This document shows positions 1 to 13,140 of a stretch of DNA of 64,000 nt, piece by piece (the stretch's first letter is position 1; every line of letters begins with the position of its first letter). Under the pieces are notes generated by a model. That model searched no databases, was not told the origin of the DNA, and saw nothing but the letters and a program-made list of their open reading frames with translations. Source of the stretch: Azolla caroliniana (taxonomy: Eukaryota; Plantae; Polypodiophyta); assembly GCA_043228905.1 (NCBI GenBank), contig JBHGNT010000002.1, forward strand, positions 2,604,001-2,668,000, read 5' to 3'. A program made the position numbers and the translations under genes.

Positions 1-1506
1 AACCAGACTGTGCTCATTGCTACTAGTAAGGAAGAAATGGAAAAGAAGAATAATAATATTACATTGCAAACATCAACCTTGAATGTTGAGTTCTCCCATT
101 TTCCAAAGGTTATGATGCTATTCTTACAGTGCTGGATGATTTTACAAAAATGGCACATTTTCTTCCATGTCGAAAGGCTTTTATTAGTTAGGAAATGACA
201 AATCTTAATATGCGAGAAGTTTTCAAGCGTCATGGCCTTCCATATGAAATCATTAGTGATCGTGGGCCACAATTTCTCGTAAACTATCTTCAAGTTATCA
301 TCCTCAAACCAATGGTCAAATTGAACGCACAAATCAAACATTAGAGTAGCATCTCCGTTGCTTTACGAATTACAACAAGAATATTTGATGGATTTCTTAC
401 ATATGGCAAAGTTTGGTTACAATAATTCAATTCTTTCTTCTATGGGATTCACTCCATTCTCTGCAAACACAAGATGCCATCCTCGTTGGATGATGCTTGA
501 ATATCTAAAAGTCTCAAACTATCTTGTTGTCAAGGATCGTCAAGAACAACTCAAAGAAATTCAAACCAAGCTTTGTGATCATTTGCTTCATGCTCAAGCT
601 AAGTACATAAAGGTTGTAGATAGACATTGCCTAGATGCTACAATCAAGAAACCTAAGTTTCAAGTTGGTGATCATGTATGGTTGTTACGTTATAATGTGA
701 AAATTACTAGACCATGTGACAAATTGGATTTGTAATCTCTAGGTTCAATTTGTAATCTTTGATCAAGTCAATGATGTTGCATTTTGTTGGGACCTACTTT
801 CACATATGCGTCTTCATCTAGTAGAGCCATGGACAACAAGTTTGATTCCAAATCCAATGTTCCACCACTACCTCTAGTTCAACTTTCTGAAGGACAAAAA
901 TATGAGGTAGACACTATTTTGAACTCCAAGATCATCTTCAACAAGTTATATTACCTGGTAGATTGGCTTGGATACACGCCTTATGATCGAATGTGGAATT
1001 TGCAAAGAACACTGCTAATGCCCATGAACTTATACAAGAGTTTCATCTATGCTACCCCAATAAACCAAATCCTAATCCATGCATTGCGACTCGTGGGACT
1101 CGTGGTCAAAGGACGGGATGATGTCAACAAGAGTCTTACACTCTAACCATTACACCCATTTATTTTAATTAAAAAATATGTTTTCATATTATTATTATTA
1201 TCTAGAGTGAACAATGGATGATCACCAAATAGCATGCATGCATGTACATGTACGCCAAGTGACACACAATATGTATGCCAAGTGGTGATCATGCATGATC
1301 CTATGTATGCTATATAAGTGGAAGATTTGCTTAGTATTGAATCATTCCGGTTCAACGCTAGTCTTCAACACCCTTGTCATCTTGATCTCCAAGTAATACA
1401 AATTATTGTCTTCTTGTTTTGTTATTATCTTCTTTTCTTCAAAATTGACATCATCTTTGTCACAAAAGGTCTATTGATCGTATTCAACTTTATCTCACTA
1501 CCAACA
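1..1506 (+). mobile_element. Degenerate Ty3/gypsy chromovirus 3' part (integrase, chromodomain, PPT, 3' LTR 1122-1506)
   Basis: Frameshifted integrase motifs (HGLP.EIISDRG, YHPQTNGQ.ERTNQ, KFQVGDHVWL) and a chromodomain (YEVDTILNSK..LYYLVDWLGY). Purine tract at 1108-1121, then TGTCAAC...CCAACA with a TATA at ~1311. Confidence 0.85.
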
Positions 1507-1690
1507 TGAGTATGAACTCTCGTAGAGCCCTAACACTCCTTAAAACTCGATCACATACCCTAGCTATTGAATTTGTATTATATCATCAAAATCAACCAAA
1601 TATAAAGGTATGTAAGGGATGCAATGAAGGGCTAGTAGTGGATGAGTATCACTTGGTTTTTACATGCTCTATACATGTGTATTCTTATTA
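1507..1690 (+). mobile_element. LINE ORF2 C-terminal zinc-knuckle remnant
   Basis: RSHTLAIE...CKGC....DEYHLVFTC matches the CCHC-type C-terminus of RTE/L2-like LINEs. Confidence 0.55.
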
Positions 1691-2329
1691 ACACATTGAG
1701 ACTTTGTGGTTCGAAGTATGAGTATCCCTTCTTAGGAAGGAGATACACATCAATAGAACTTGTGTACTTAGGTTCCATGTGTCAATATTGACCTCTTTAT
1801 GGATGTTAAAAAAATCTAATCTAATCTAATTTATGTATAAAGTATTAAGCATCATTAGCATTATGTCTTCACCCATGTGCTTTACGTCTATTTTTGCATT
1901 TTTTATTGTTGAAGGAAAATTTTAGTACAATCGCATGATAATTGTGTTACTGTTTTTGCATATTCTAAAACAATCATTTTGAGTACATTCATGTTTAAAT
2001 TAGGCCCATGAGATGAAAGATATAAGTAAAATAAGCATAAATAGAAGACACCAACGTATCATGTACTAAACATTACTCATAGAAAGTCTAAGGTAGGGTC
2101 CAAAATCTCTTAAAAGGCATCGTTGTTGATATATCAAAAAAGTCTAGTGGAAACTCACATCCATTATCCATTGAAATAATTTCAACAATGCATATTTCTT
2201 TACAAGAAATAATGATAAAACTACAAAATGAAGTCCATGGTCGTAATGAGAGGGAAATGAAACTTCAACTTACAATGGATTTACAACCGATGTCCAGATT
2301 AAATATTTGAAAGAGCAGTTACTTACAAT

Positions 2330-2594
2330 CATAGTATGAACCATACATGCATTCGCATTCGTGAATGATTCAATCATTCGAGTATGGTAAACACCCTAGA
2401 AGAATGGTAAATACCATACTTTTGGATTAACTATTTATTATGAGGTAAATAAACATAGAAAAAAGGAAAAAAACAAAAAAAAAAACTTAAAAAAGGGGAA
2501 AAAAACACAAGAATGTTTGAATAACATTCGCATTCGTTTTCCAACGTAGGAAAACGAATGTTATGCTAGAGGAACACGAATTTTACGTACTATG
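2330..2594. mobile_element. hAT-type MITE
   Basis: TIRs CATAGTA(T/C)G. Perfect 8-bp TSD CTTACAAT at 2322-2329 and 2595-2602. CATTCG subterminal repeats. Confidence 0.85.
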
Positions 2595-3974
2595 CTTACA
2601 ATGAACAAAATAGCATCCAAATCCAAGATACTCGGATGTCCAAACTAAAGACCAAAATGATGATCTTCGAAGCAAAGAAATAACAGTTAATGAAAGCAAA
2701 TGCCTCAAGTTTGAAAATCATGTTCAGTGAGTTTACATTTTATAACCAAGAGTTAGTACAAGAGAAGCAACTCAAGGTTTAGTGTTCACCATACCTTAAA
2801 GAAAAGCTAAAGAAATAAGATAGGAAGATTGAAATTTTCAAGAGGAAGACAATGAGAACACATCCAATTCAAAGTTTCCTTGAATAGGCAATGACACTTG
2901 TACTTTCTGAGCCTGTTGTAACCTCTTCAAACCTCCTAAATAAATGTGGGATGGGTTGTCTTCTTCCCTTTCACTATAGCACATAACACCTCCTTTATAT
3001 GCCTATCCATCCTTCATCCTTCAAAAATAACGCAACAAGAGTTTCCAAAAGATGTCCTTCACTCTTATCATTGCTTTTTTATCTTCTCTTATCATTGCTT
3101 TTTTCTCTTCACTCTTGTTGTTACTTTTTCCTTCACACATGTGGTTTCTTGATATTTGTGATTTCTTTTTATTTCACACCTGTCTTTTTTTTCTTTATAC
3201 TTATAAGTTATAACTATTTATCTTTACACTTGTAAATGTGTTTTCTTTTATGTCTATTGCATTATTTTTTTCCAAAAAAAACACTACTTCCCATTAGTTA
3301 GCAAACGAAGTACATCAAAGTTCAGCCATAATCAACAAAACTCACACTACTCCACACAAAACTAAGCATAATCCCCACCTTGCTATTTACAACAAAAGTA
3401 TCCCGCTAACTCTTTTTACATGGTAACCACATAATTACATCTTCTGTCCACTAATGGAAGCCAATGATGGAAACAACCATCTCGGTGCTTGGTAGTTCCA
3501 TTTAGGCCCTAACGCTAAATTTACCATCATAGGAGAATGACCCCATTTGAGCAAAAACTTTGACCGAGCCCTTTCTGCTTCATCCGAGTTCCCTTCAATT
3601 GAGTTGTATCGTCTGCGCAGCCAAGATACCAGCTCAAACCAAATGTTTAAGGTGCACCTTCTCTTTTTTATAAAGCTTTATTCTCAAACTACATATATGG
3701 CCTTCCCCAAATTATAAGTCCAGGGTCTAGCCTAAGCCATATCCCACCTCTCCTCAAACTTTATTCTTAAATTTTTTTATGCTTCATCCTCCAATTTCTA
3801 AGTGAGTGGCATTCACTTTGTCATTTGGATGTTCTCCACTTTTGATTGAAACTTGCTAACACATCTAGTAATGAGGAAATTTTGAAGGGTGGGGTCGTGT
3901 AGAATGTAAATAATTAACCTTCATTGGCCATCTTTCTCTCTCTTCATATCTATTATAAAGTCTCTTAGTTTAGC

Positions 3975-6900
3975 CTCTATTATCATGAACAATCTCTTTC
4001 GCAAGAGATTGTTCACGATATGGAGTTCGTGCAAGGCGAATGAGCAAGGCATATGCGACATAAATGTGAAATTTTGGAAGCGTCCTAAAATGATCACAAA
4101 ATTCATGGTATACCTCCCTGAAATACTAACACAGTTGGAAGAGGAAAATCCCCAAGATAGGATATTAGCTACCCTAGTGGAAGCTGAAAATGCATTGGTC
4201 GGGCCACAAAAGATGTAGGTTATATGAATCTTAGCTTGCTAACTTGGAATATACAAGGAATTGGTGGCACCCAATTCCAGATGAAAAAGAATGTATTGGC
4301 TGCCGAAATTCAATGCTACATTAAGACAATGGTGCCTGATGTTATCATGGTGCATGAGCACCATCTAGATGGGGATAAAATCGACAAAATTGGAAGCATT
4401 TGCCTTGGGAATTGGACCAATACATGGTCAACAACTACGGGGGATAGACAGATTCATGGGGGAGTACTTATAGTAATGAAAGCTAAGTTTAATGTTGCAT
4501 GCACAAGCAGGGGGAGTTTAATAGAGGTCGTGATGTCGATATAAGGATAAAACACAGATGTGGGCACTTGGGCATACTAAACATATATGCCCCAAATTCA
4601 GTTGCAAAAGAATTCTAGTTGCAGAGTTGTGGATCATTGGAGGAGACTTTAATATGGTGGAGCAACCATAAGATAGAAGAGGAAATGCAAATGACATGGT
4701 GTAGGGGGCAGAGAAGGATGCATGGGATAAGTTTTGTTTAGCATATAATGTGATTACTGTTGGAATGCACCTAACTTTCAAAAGAAAAATATCTTCTATA
4801 CTCTAGAGTAGGAGGAAGTGTGCATGGGAGGACGATGTCTAGGCTGGACAAATGGTATTTGGACCCTCAACTCATTGATAGGAAAGGAAAATGCATTATT
4901 TGTCATGGAACAATGTTCTCAAACCATGCACTAGTTTTGTTGCATATACAAGAAAACAATCGAAGTAGGACACATAATGTGAAGGTGAGCAAGGAATTGG
5001 TTATGGATAATAAATGGACTAATGATATACAGAAATATGGTCTAATATCATATGGAGGTACCTTGATCCTACTCATAGGTTGGTTGGGAAACTTGAGGAA
5101 TTTGCATGGTGTTTTTAGAAGAAAGTGATTGAAATTAGAAAAGAGATAAGGGAGAAAATGCGAAGAATGTGATGGACACTCGCTTCTATGCAATGACTAA
5201 GAGAACTATACCCACATAATGTATGGATTGAGGCTCGACTAGAGGAGGCCAAAAGCAAATTGGATGTGTACTAGAAACTAAGGATTAACTATGCCTATCG
5301 AAGTAAAGCAACAAGTTGGATGAGGATAGGAGACTGGGTTACTAAAGGTCTTTTTGAAGTTGTCAAATACAAAGGATCCGAGACTCAACCTTCATGTTTA
5401 AAAATGACAGATGGCCCAATGAGCACATGCGAGGAGGAAATGCTTGAAATAGCTACGAGCTATTATACTCAACTATTAAATGTATGCAAAGAGGAACAAA
5501 TTGATCATGATGCATTCAGAAATATAATAAATAGGATACCAAGGAAAGTTACTACTGAGATGATGGATTGACTAAATACCCCTATATGTATGCAAGAATT
5601 GTGGGATGCAATTGGGGATATGAACAAACAAAGTTGAGTAGGAATTGACGGACTTCCTATATACTTTTACACCAAACATTGGGATCTAATTAAGGATGAC
5701 ATGTTGGTAGGGAAGCAATACATTATGATAGAAGGATTAATGCCCACAACAATATGTAGAGGAATGATTTGTTTAATACCCAAGGATGGAAAAAACCTGA
5801 CAACGCTCGATAATTGGTGACTGTAAAGAATCGGATATGATTCTTGTGTAGCGGAAGAGATGTGTGTTATGTGTATGTGTGAGAGGAAAGAGATGAGAGA
5901 AGAGAAAACACAAGACAGATAGATAAAAAATGAAGTACTCAAGAAGAAGGTGTATATTAACAAGGAGAATAGCAAATACAAAATGTAGCATTACAAGGAA
6001 TCACAACCGACTTAGTATGAAGTAGGAGAAGGGTGCTTTATATAAGGTCACCCTCTCTCTTGATTAACTCACTACAACAACTACTCTCTCTTGGGGAATG
6101 TGAAGACTCATAGTCAAGGGGAATATGGAACTCATTAGTTATGTGTCATAGAATATGATTCTATGACACATAGTTAATGTGTAGAGAGTAGTGGTGTGAC
6201 TCTTGACCTTTGAGTGATCATAGATTCTCAAAGAGTGTGTTTACATGTTGCACTAGGTTGAGCTTGATTCTCAACAGTGACCATTGACGATTCTCACCAA
6301 TGCTTATAAGATAATGGCCAAAGTTATAAGTAAGAGATTGAAAGCGGTACTAGGGGACATTATACATACAACGTAAACTGGTTTCTTGGAAAACCGGAAT
6401 ATTGTTAACAATGTGATAACCTTTTAGGAATACTTAGCATGGGCGGAGGAGCAAGAAGTGAACCTGGCAGTAATGCTACTCGACTTAAAAAAAGCATATG
6501 ACAGGATCTCATGGGAATTCCTTGAAGCAGTGATGGAGACCCTAGGCTTTGAACAACAATGGATCCTTGGAACAGGTGCCTTTACAAAGGTGCATCCAGC
6601 TAGGTTTTAATGGGTGGAAGTATGGGGAAGCGATTTAAGATGTCACGATCAGTACACCAAGGATGCCCATTGGCCTCCTACCTATACATCAATTACAATA
6701 GAAGCTTTGCATTATCAAATTGCTGATAGATCTTGGCAAATACAAGACCTCCCCTTGCCATGGTGCTTGATACAACATATGTTGATGACACAACGACTAT
6801 GTCAAGGGAGATGCAAACAACTTGGGGATTGCAAAGTGCAATCGATGAGTTCTGTAGGGGATCAGGTGCTAAATTAAATTGGAATAAATCAGTGGGCATT

Positions 6901-9157
6901 TGGATAAGTAATAAGCCTATGTTAAATTGGGCCCCAAACCCCAATATCAAATGGTTGAGGAGAGGAGAAGCTATTAGATACTTGGGCTTCAAATTTGGTA
7001 TGGACATTGATCGATCAGAACACTACAATCTACTAGTGGACAAAATAAAAGTGAAGCTAATATGGTGGAATGCAAGAAAACTATCCTTTGTGGGCAAGAT
7101 TGCGATTACAAATCAGATTCTAATGGCCACTATATGGCATATTGTTGCACGCTGGATAATCGTGCCGAAGTCGATGAAATTGATAAAAAGGATTTTCAGA
7201 AATTTCTTCTAGGGGGCACTGAGAAAATACAAACTCATGCCAAGGTTGCTTGGACCACAATGATAAAAGGAATAAGTGAAGGCGGGGTGGGATTGATAGA
7301 TCCTGTGGTGCAAACGAAGGCCTTGCGAGGCAAATTGGTGGTCAAGAGCTTGCAACCACCTAAGGCACCTTGGAAAATTATATGGAGATGCAGATGGAAG
7401 ACGTGGCTGCCGAGATAAGGTGGAAGCTGGCCAAGTAGCCCCTTTTGGGGTTTTGTGCCAAAAATGCGACCTAAATATTGTATGTCTTGTTGGAATTATG
7501 AAAGCATGGCAAGGAATCAGAAAGGGGATCACATGTATTTGATGGAGAAATGATGCATATGTTTGGATGTACATGCAATTGTGTGGAACCCACTGATTGG
7601 AGATGTGGATGGGTTGATGATACGACAAAAAATAGGCTTCAAATGGGCCAACTGAATCAATGACCAAGGGCATGCATTAGTGGACTGGAAGAGATTTTTG
7701 TCTAATGATGTGGGCATTCAAAAGGCTAGGATATGGAAGATAAGCAGGGGTAAAAGCATGCTCAAGACAATTACATATGCCATTGCACGCAACAGGCATA
7801 CCTTGGAAGATGAAGATATAATTACCTCTGAAATTGAATGGACAAGATTTATAGATGCTGAGAATTGTCTAATTGGAATTAAGGGAATGAAAGCAAGATC
7901 TAATGAGGCATGCTACTACAAAATAGAGCATGGAATGGCAATATGTGAGCAACCAACCTATCAAAGAGAAAGGCCAATTAGGCTGATTACAAAAAATGGA
8001 AAGGATATGATGATTGACCCTAAGCCAAGGGAGATCACACCGACGACAGTGTGTTGGCCAATAGAAGGGCATTCGGATCAACTATCATGGGACCCAATGA
8101 TGTATTTCTAGAGAGCTCAAGGATAAATCGATGATGTAAAGCTGGTTCAATTTTTAGGTACAACACAAAATTTAGAAGGCAAATTATTCTAGAGCAAGAA
8201 CACGACAAGATTGCATCACATAAATTTTAGATACATGAGGGCATTAGTGAAAGGAGTTTAGATCAATTCTGGAAAATGATATGGCATGACAGTAATGACC
8301 GCAAGCTAATGATGTGCTTATGGCCTATTGCGCATAGAGCCTTGTGGGTAAAGGCCCCAATGTAGACCCTAGATGTACTACATGTGGACAGTTAGAAAGC
8401 ATTTTCCCATTATCTATGGGAATGTCGCGAGGCAATAGTTGTATGGGGAAGGGCATTTCGTTTGCTATGCCATGCCTCTAGCTCGTTCACCCTCAATTGG
8501 GGACATGCTTGCTGGAACTGTCTTGAGAATGATGTGGTGAAATATGAAAGCACATGCAAAGCAATGTACAGAGGGGAGAATGGAACTGTTTGGCTGATCA
8601 CCGACAACAGGGTGCAGTTATTGCGTAGAAGCAAAAAATTGGAGATCTATGGATGTTGCTTGCACCCATTACCATATTGTGTGTATGGACGACAAGGTGT
8701 ACCATGGTATTTTCAACAAACAAACGCCCTCCAACTGAATTGATTAAGCTAATATGGCACACACTAATAACTAAATTGAGAGCACAATATGAATGGATTG
8801 ATGGAACTAATGATGCTTTGGAACTAATGAGGCTATATTTCAGAAAACTTTGGTGTACTACACCAATGGCTACAACAAATGGAATGGATATACGATGGCA
8901 GTATGTAGTACCCAGATGGATGTTACCCCCTCCCATTAGTTGAAAGAGGGGCGTGAACGAGATGACATGTGGGATATTGAATGTAGGTGATGTGTATGAA
9001 AGTTAGGTTAGAGACACATGTGAAACTGTAAGATAAATAAGTGAGATCACTCATGAATGATAGGATAATTTAGGCAAGGACTACCCGATAAAGGGGTCTA
9101 AATTGTGTACATTTTAACTATGGAGTATATTCTTTTTTGGTAAAAAAGAAAAGAAAA
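3975..9157 (+). mobile_element. Degenerate L1/Tx1-like LINE (ORF1 end; ORF2 endonuclease, RT, zf-RVT; A-rich tail)
   Basis: APE endonuclease (LLTWNIQG, GGDFN, SRLDKWY). RT (NW*PLTILTNAYK, LLDLKKAYD, QGCPL, YVDD, RYLG). C-terminal CTTCG..ES..HYLWEC. A-rich tail at 9142-9157. Many stops and frameshifts. Confidence 0.9.
5822..6276 (-). mobile_element. Solo LTR of a Ty1/copia family inserted in the LINE RT
   Basis: TGTAAAG...TCAACA with 5-bp TSD GTGAC (5817-5821, 6277-6281). Homologous to the copia 3' LTR at 56600-56986. Confidence 0.9.
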
Positions 9158-10728
9158 GTGTTGGGTATATGGGCTTCCACTTCATTTCCCTTCTCGCCAA
9201 ATTGGTAAAAAGTTATTCCTTTATGTGAAGGAACTCATTCTAGAATACATAGATCTAGAAACACGTGAAACTAAACTCTAGCTTGGTCCACTAAGGGGAA
9301 TCCAAAGGGGCAACTCTCGTCCTAAATAAAAAGGGTTCATAAGTTTACATAATTTGTTTGAACAATTCTATAAGGTCATAAGCGCCACCAAATTCCATAA
9401 GATTATTTATCTAAGTTAACTTGTGACTATAATCAATATGACCATAAGAGGAGTGGGCATGAACTCTCTATCCATTAAAATAAATAGTGTTTTTATGTGA
9501 ATGGAGGGGTAAAAAAATTTCTTAACCACGTATGTCATGCATTAGAGTTATTATTGTATGTGTGTTATGGTTATGCTTTGCTTGGGTTACTAATATAAAG
9601 TAGTAGTGGTTTGGGGTCCTATTTATTGCCCCACATGGCACGTAGAAGTGCTAACAAAGTTAGGCTTGGTCGTGTCTTTTAATGCGGTGGTACATACGTA
9701 GTGTTCATGGGACTTAGTTACTTTGACATTCAACATCTCTATGAATCAGGTGTGTCGGGCATCGGTGCTAACATCATTGTGTTGTAGGTAATCTTTACTT
9801 GGGTTACTGGTGAAGTTGTAATGGCTTGGGATCCTATTAGTGGTTCCTCATGTCAAGTAGAAGTCCTTGTAAAGTTAGGCTTGGTCGTAATGTCTATGAA
9901 TGTGGCGGTTGGTATGTGTGTACTATGTAGTGTTCATGGGCCTTAGCTACTTACACATTCAACATCGCATCCATAATAGCCGATTATTACGTGAACTCAT
10001 GCATTATCCTATAATGTATTGAAAGTGGTTTCCTTAGGTGAGGTAAGATGAGAAAAGATCAATTTATCTATTTAAGGCTATGAATTGAAGGATTGAATCT
10101 TCTTTAGTGTGTATGAGGTCATCTAAGGTCAACTCTGGCTAACCCTTTCCAAGCAAAGGACAAGTGGATGTTCTAGTTTATTCCCTCTCCTTATTCTTGT
10201 TTAGTTCAGTCTATATATAGAAATCAACCTTGAAGCCTTTTATGCGTCTTTTTATAGTAGGGCGATAGGGAGGTGTACTTTGTGTGCTTTCTAAAGAATC
10301 TTGTGAGCCTGAAAACCCAAACCATTCCAATTAGCTTATAAGCAGACAAGGCTATCTTAACGTAGGCTTGCTTTGGTAGACATTGGTGCGGAACTCATAT
10401 ATAGGTGTATCTAGCACAATGAGATCCATTTCACATTTGTAAATACATGTATAGTGTATTTGACTATATGTTGCGTAATATGTGTGGATGCATACCATAA
10501 TGAGAGTAGTTGACTGCTCCTCGATGATGATTCCTAAAACACAACACAATGCTTGATAATGGGCTCTACACAATGGTTTTACTTGAGGATAAAAACCTCA
10601 ACATAATGGTTCCTAATGAACTCTATACAATGGTCTTGGTTGGGTTTTAAAACCTCAACACGATTGCTTCTAGTGGGTTGTACAAGATGCGCAAACAATG
10701 GATCTAGTTAAGGTTTTTGAAACTTGCA

Positions 10729-12287
10729 AAAATTGAGCTTGCCAACATGGGAAGAAGTGGAACAAGCTTGCCCAATAACATCATCATATAAGGCATTGGA
10801 AGAATACTTTATTGTATTTAGAGAATGGGTATGTGCCATTTCAATTTGAATATATTGATTTTTTATGTTATTTCCTTACAAAATAGATACTTGTAGAAGT
10901 CACCTTGATCAAAGAAAGTTAGCGATAGTAATGATGGTATTCCAAGTTCGTTCATCATGCATTTAGAACGTGCTAAATACAAAAAGAGAATGACAAAGGG
11001 AAAGGAGTTGGAATTGCCAAAGGACTCAAGAGACAATGAAAAGTTTTTTGCATATAACCTATCTTTTCAAACAACTACATTACAATGTATTCAATGGTGA
11101 AGTGGCGAATATGCTCGATCTATTACTGAAAAGGCATTGCACGTTGCTTGTTGTTGACATACCATATGGATTCCGAATAACGAAATCCACGTATGATGAT
11201 GTGCGTTTTAAGTATCCCCAAAGAGAGAAGATGGCAAAGGACTTCACAGAGTTGACCTTGGCCCTGGTATGGAGAATTGTCATATTTCACAGCATGGGTC
11301 AATCGTTATCGGTCACAACTGCTCTGAAGTCACAATGTCATGCCACCGAACTCATGCATTGGTGTGTTACACGTTTTTTCACAATATGGTATTCAAAATC
11401 TTGTTCTTATATGTTGCAAATTCCATTTTTAACCATTTTGTTTGATGTTAATAGGATTAAAACAAATATTACACGTAGCCTCAACGACTGTTATCATGAG
11501 GATTTTCGGCCATGGTGGGAAAACCTAAGCGGAATGAATAAAACGAGATGTGCAACGTAGCACATATACTTATTAAATTTGTAACCTAGGAGTAAATAAG
11601 CAAATGTAAAGTGTAAGGTGTTCTATGAAAATTCGTTGAGTGTAAATATGATGATGTGGACTTGTGTGCACATGGGCATGTAGGAAAGGGGAGTACGTGG
11701 GGGTACAAATAAGATGGGCAGTGACATTGAAAGCGTGAGGGGAGAGAGTAAAAGGCCCACCGATTTAAGATCGTGGGAGATATTCCCCATTAAAGGCAAG
11801 GGGATTTGACTCCTCTTTATGTAATGTGCCTCACCCCTTACTACTATAAAAGGGAGTGAGCGGTCACTTTTGAGGGGCTTCCATTTTTGGGTTTTCTTTG
11901 GGGAGTCGCCATTTTAAGGGTCTCATTTTGAGGGTTTCACATAGGGTTTCATTCTTCTTCTTCTTTACCTATCCAGTTAGGGTTTCTTCTAGGGTTTTGA
12001 TTCAGCCTATGCGGCCATGGTTGTAATCGTATAGTGGATTCTTAATATAGTTTGTTGATGTATCTTGTCTCTATTTTCTCTACCATGCTAACCTCTTATT
12101 CTTTCTCCTTTCCTCTTGAGCTCAAAGGTCGTAAAGGTTAAGCTCCCATTCCCCCTCTACTCCCTAGTCCAAGACCCCCGCGGTCCCGCCTAAGATCCTA
12201 CACGTACTCGCGAAATTCCGCGACATCGTATTGTTAGTGCGGTTGAACATCTTTGTGTGGGTTACTACGATTCAATAATGAAGAAGG
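10729..12287 (+). pseudogene. Intron-containing beta-class (N4-cytosine/N6-adenine) DNA methyltransferase-like pseudogene, interrupted by LTRs
   Basis: Exons ~10729-10828, ~10887-11361, and 11455-11491 joined to 12230-12287. Reconstructed: VFNGEVANMLDLL..CTLLVVDIPYG...IVIFHS...ELMHWIKTNITRSLNDRIVSAVEHLCVGYY. GT-AG introns at 10829-10886 and 11362-11454. Confidence 0.65.
11492..12225 (+). mobile_element. Solo LTR, Ty3/gypsy 4-bp-TSD lineage
   Basis: Its 3' part is the reverse complement of the LTR at 30769. Ends CGCGACA. TATA at ~11844. Flanks CTGT/TCGT are consistent with a decayed CCGT TSD. Confidence 0.8.
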
Positions 12288-12730
12288 TGTTAGAAAATGG
12301 GACCGGCCATAATCGGTTCACAGGAAACAATGAAGAATGACGAGAACACAAAGAACAGAAAGCAAAAAATAGAAAAAACATCAAGACATAATATTTAACG
12401 TGGAAAACCCAGAGAGAGAGAAACCAAGGGAGTCCACAAACTCCAAAAAAAATCTCTATAGTAAGAGGGAATACAACAATAAACTATAAGCAACAACCTT
12501 AAGCTCCTCTTCGTCAAGCGACGATTACAACAAAGTTTCCTTACTCTCACTCTTATCCTACTCACTAGTTACACACACTGATCCGTTGGTTACAATGACT
12601 GCCTCACACTCATCATAACTACTTGCCCTAACTAATTTTATACTCATATACATACATGACTATTTACAAATATAGCCCCGTAGGATTCAGTCAATTTAGC
12701 TATTAGCCGAATTGGCCGAAAGAGTATGGA
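12288..12730 (-). mobile_element. Truncated copia-type LTR
   Basis: Starts TGTTAG. Shares ACGTGGAAAA(A)CCC and TATTTACAAATATAGC motifs with the copia LTR at 38749-39307. Confidence 0.55.
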
Positions 12731-12734
12731 GAAG

Positions 12735-13140
12735 GTTGTCTGAAGCGACGAAAAGAAGGTGGTTCTCCGGGAAGCGCTTTGTGGAGTAACCGGAGGGCAT
12801 TATGCCAAAGAGGCGACGACCCGGAAAATTTGGCGCAACGGGTTGTGGTGGCCGACCACCGTAAAAGACTACATCCATTACTTCAAAGAGTGTGATTTGT
12901 GCCAGAGAATGGGCCAACCGACTGAGCAAGCCCGAATGCCACACCAGTCGGTATTACCGCTAGAATCATTTCAGAAATGGGGGTTAGATTTTGTCGGACC
13001 GTTCAAGCTGGCAACAACACGTACTAGAAATAGGTATATCATAGTGGCAATGGACTACTATACGAAATGGGTTGAGGCAAAGGCAATACAAGACAATTCC
13101 GTGGCATCGACAACAAAGTTTCTTTATGAATGTATATGGT
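12735..13140 (+). mobile_element. Ty3/gypsy integrase fragment
   Basis: GGHYA...WWPT...CDLCQR...KWGLDFVGP...DYYTKWVEA (zinc finger and start of the rve core). Confidence 0.85.

Noticed and set aside
3420-3900. Possible minus-strand gypsy pol remnant (also 9160-9480 and 42540-42800)
   Set aside because: Too degraded to assign by eye.
11036-11560. The 174-aa ORF as a complete protein
   Set aside because: It reads through a 93-bp intron and into an LTR; its start comes from a frameshift.
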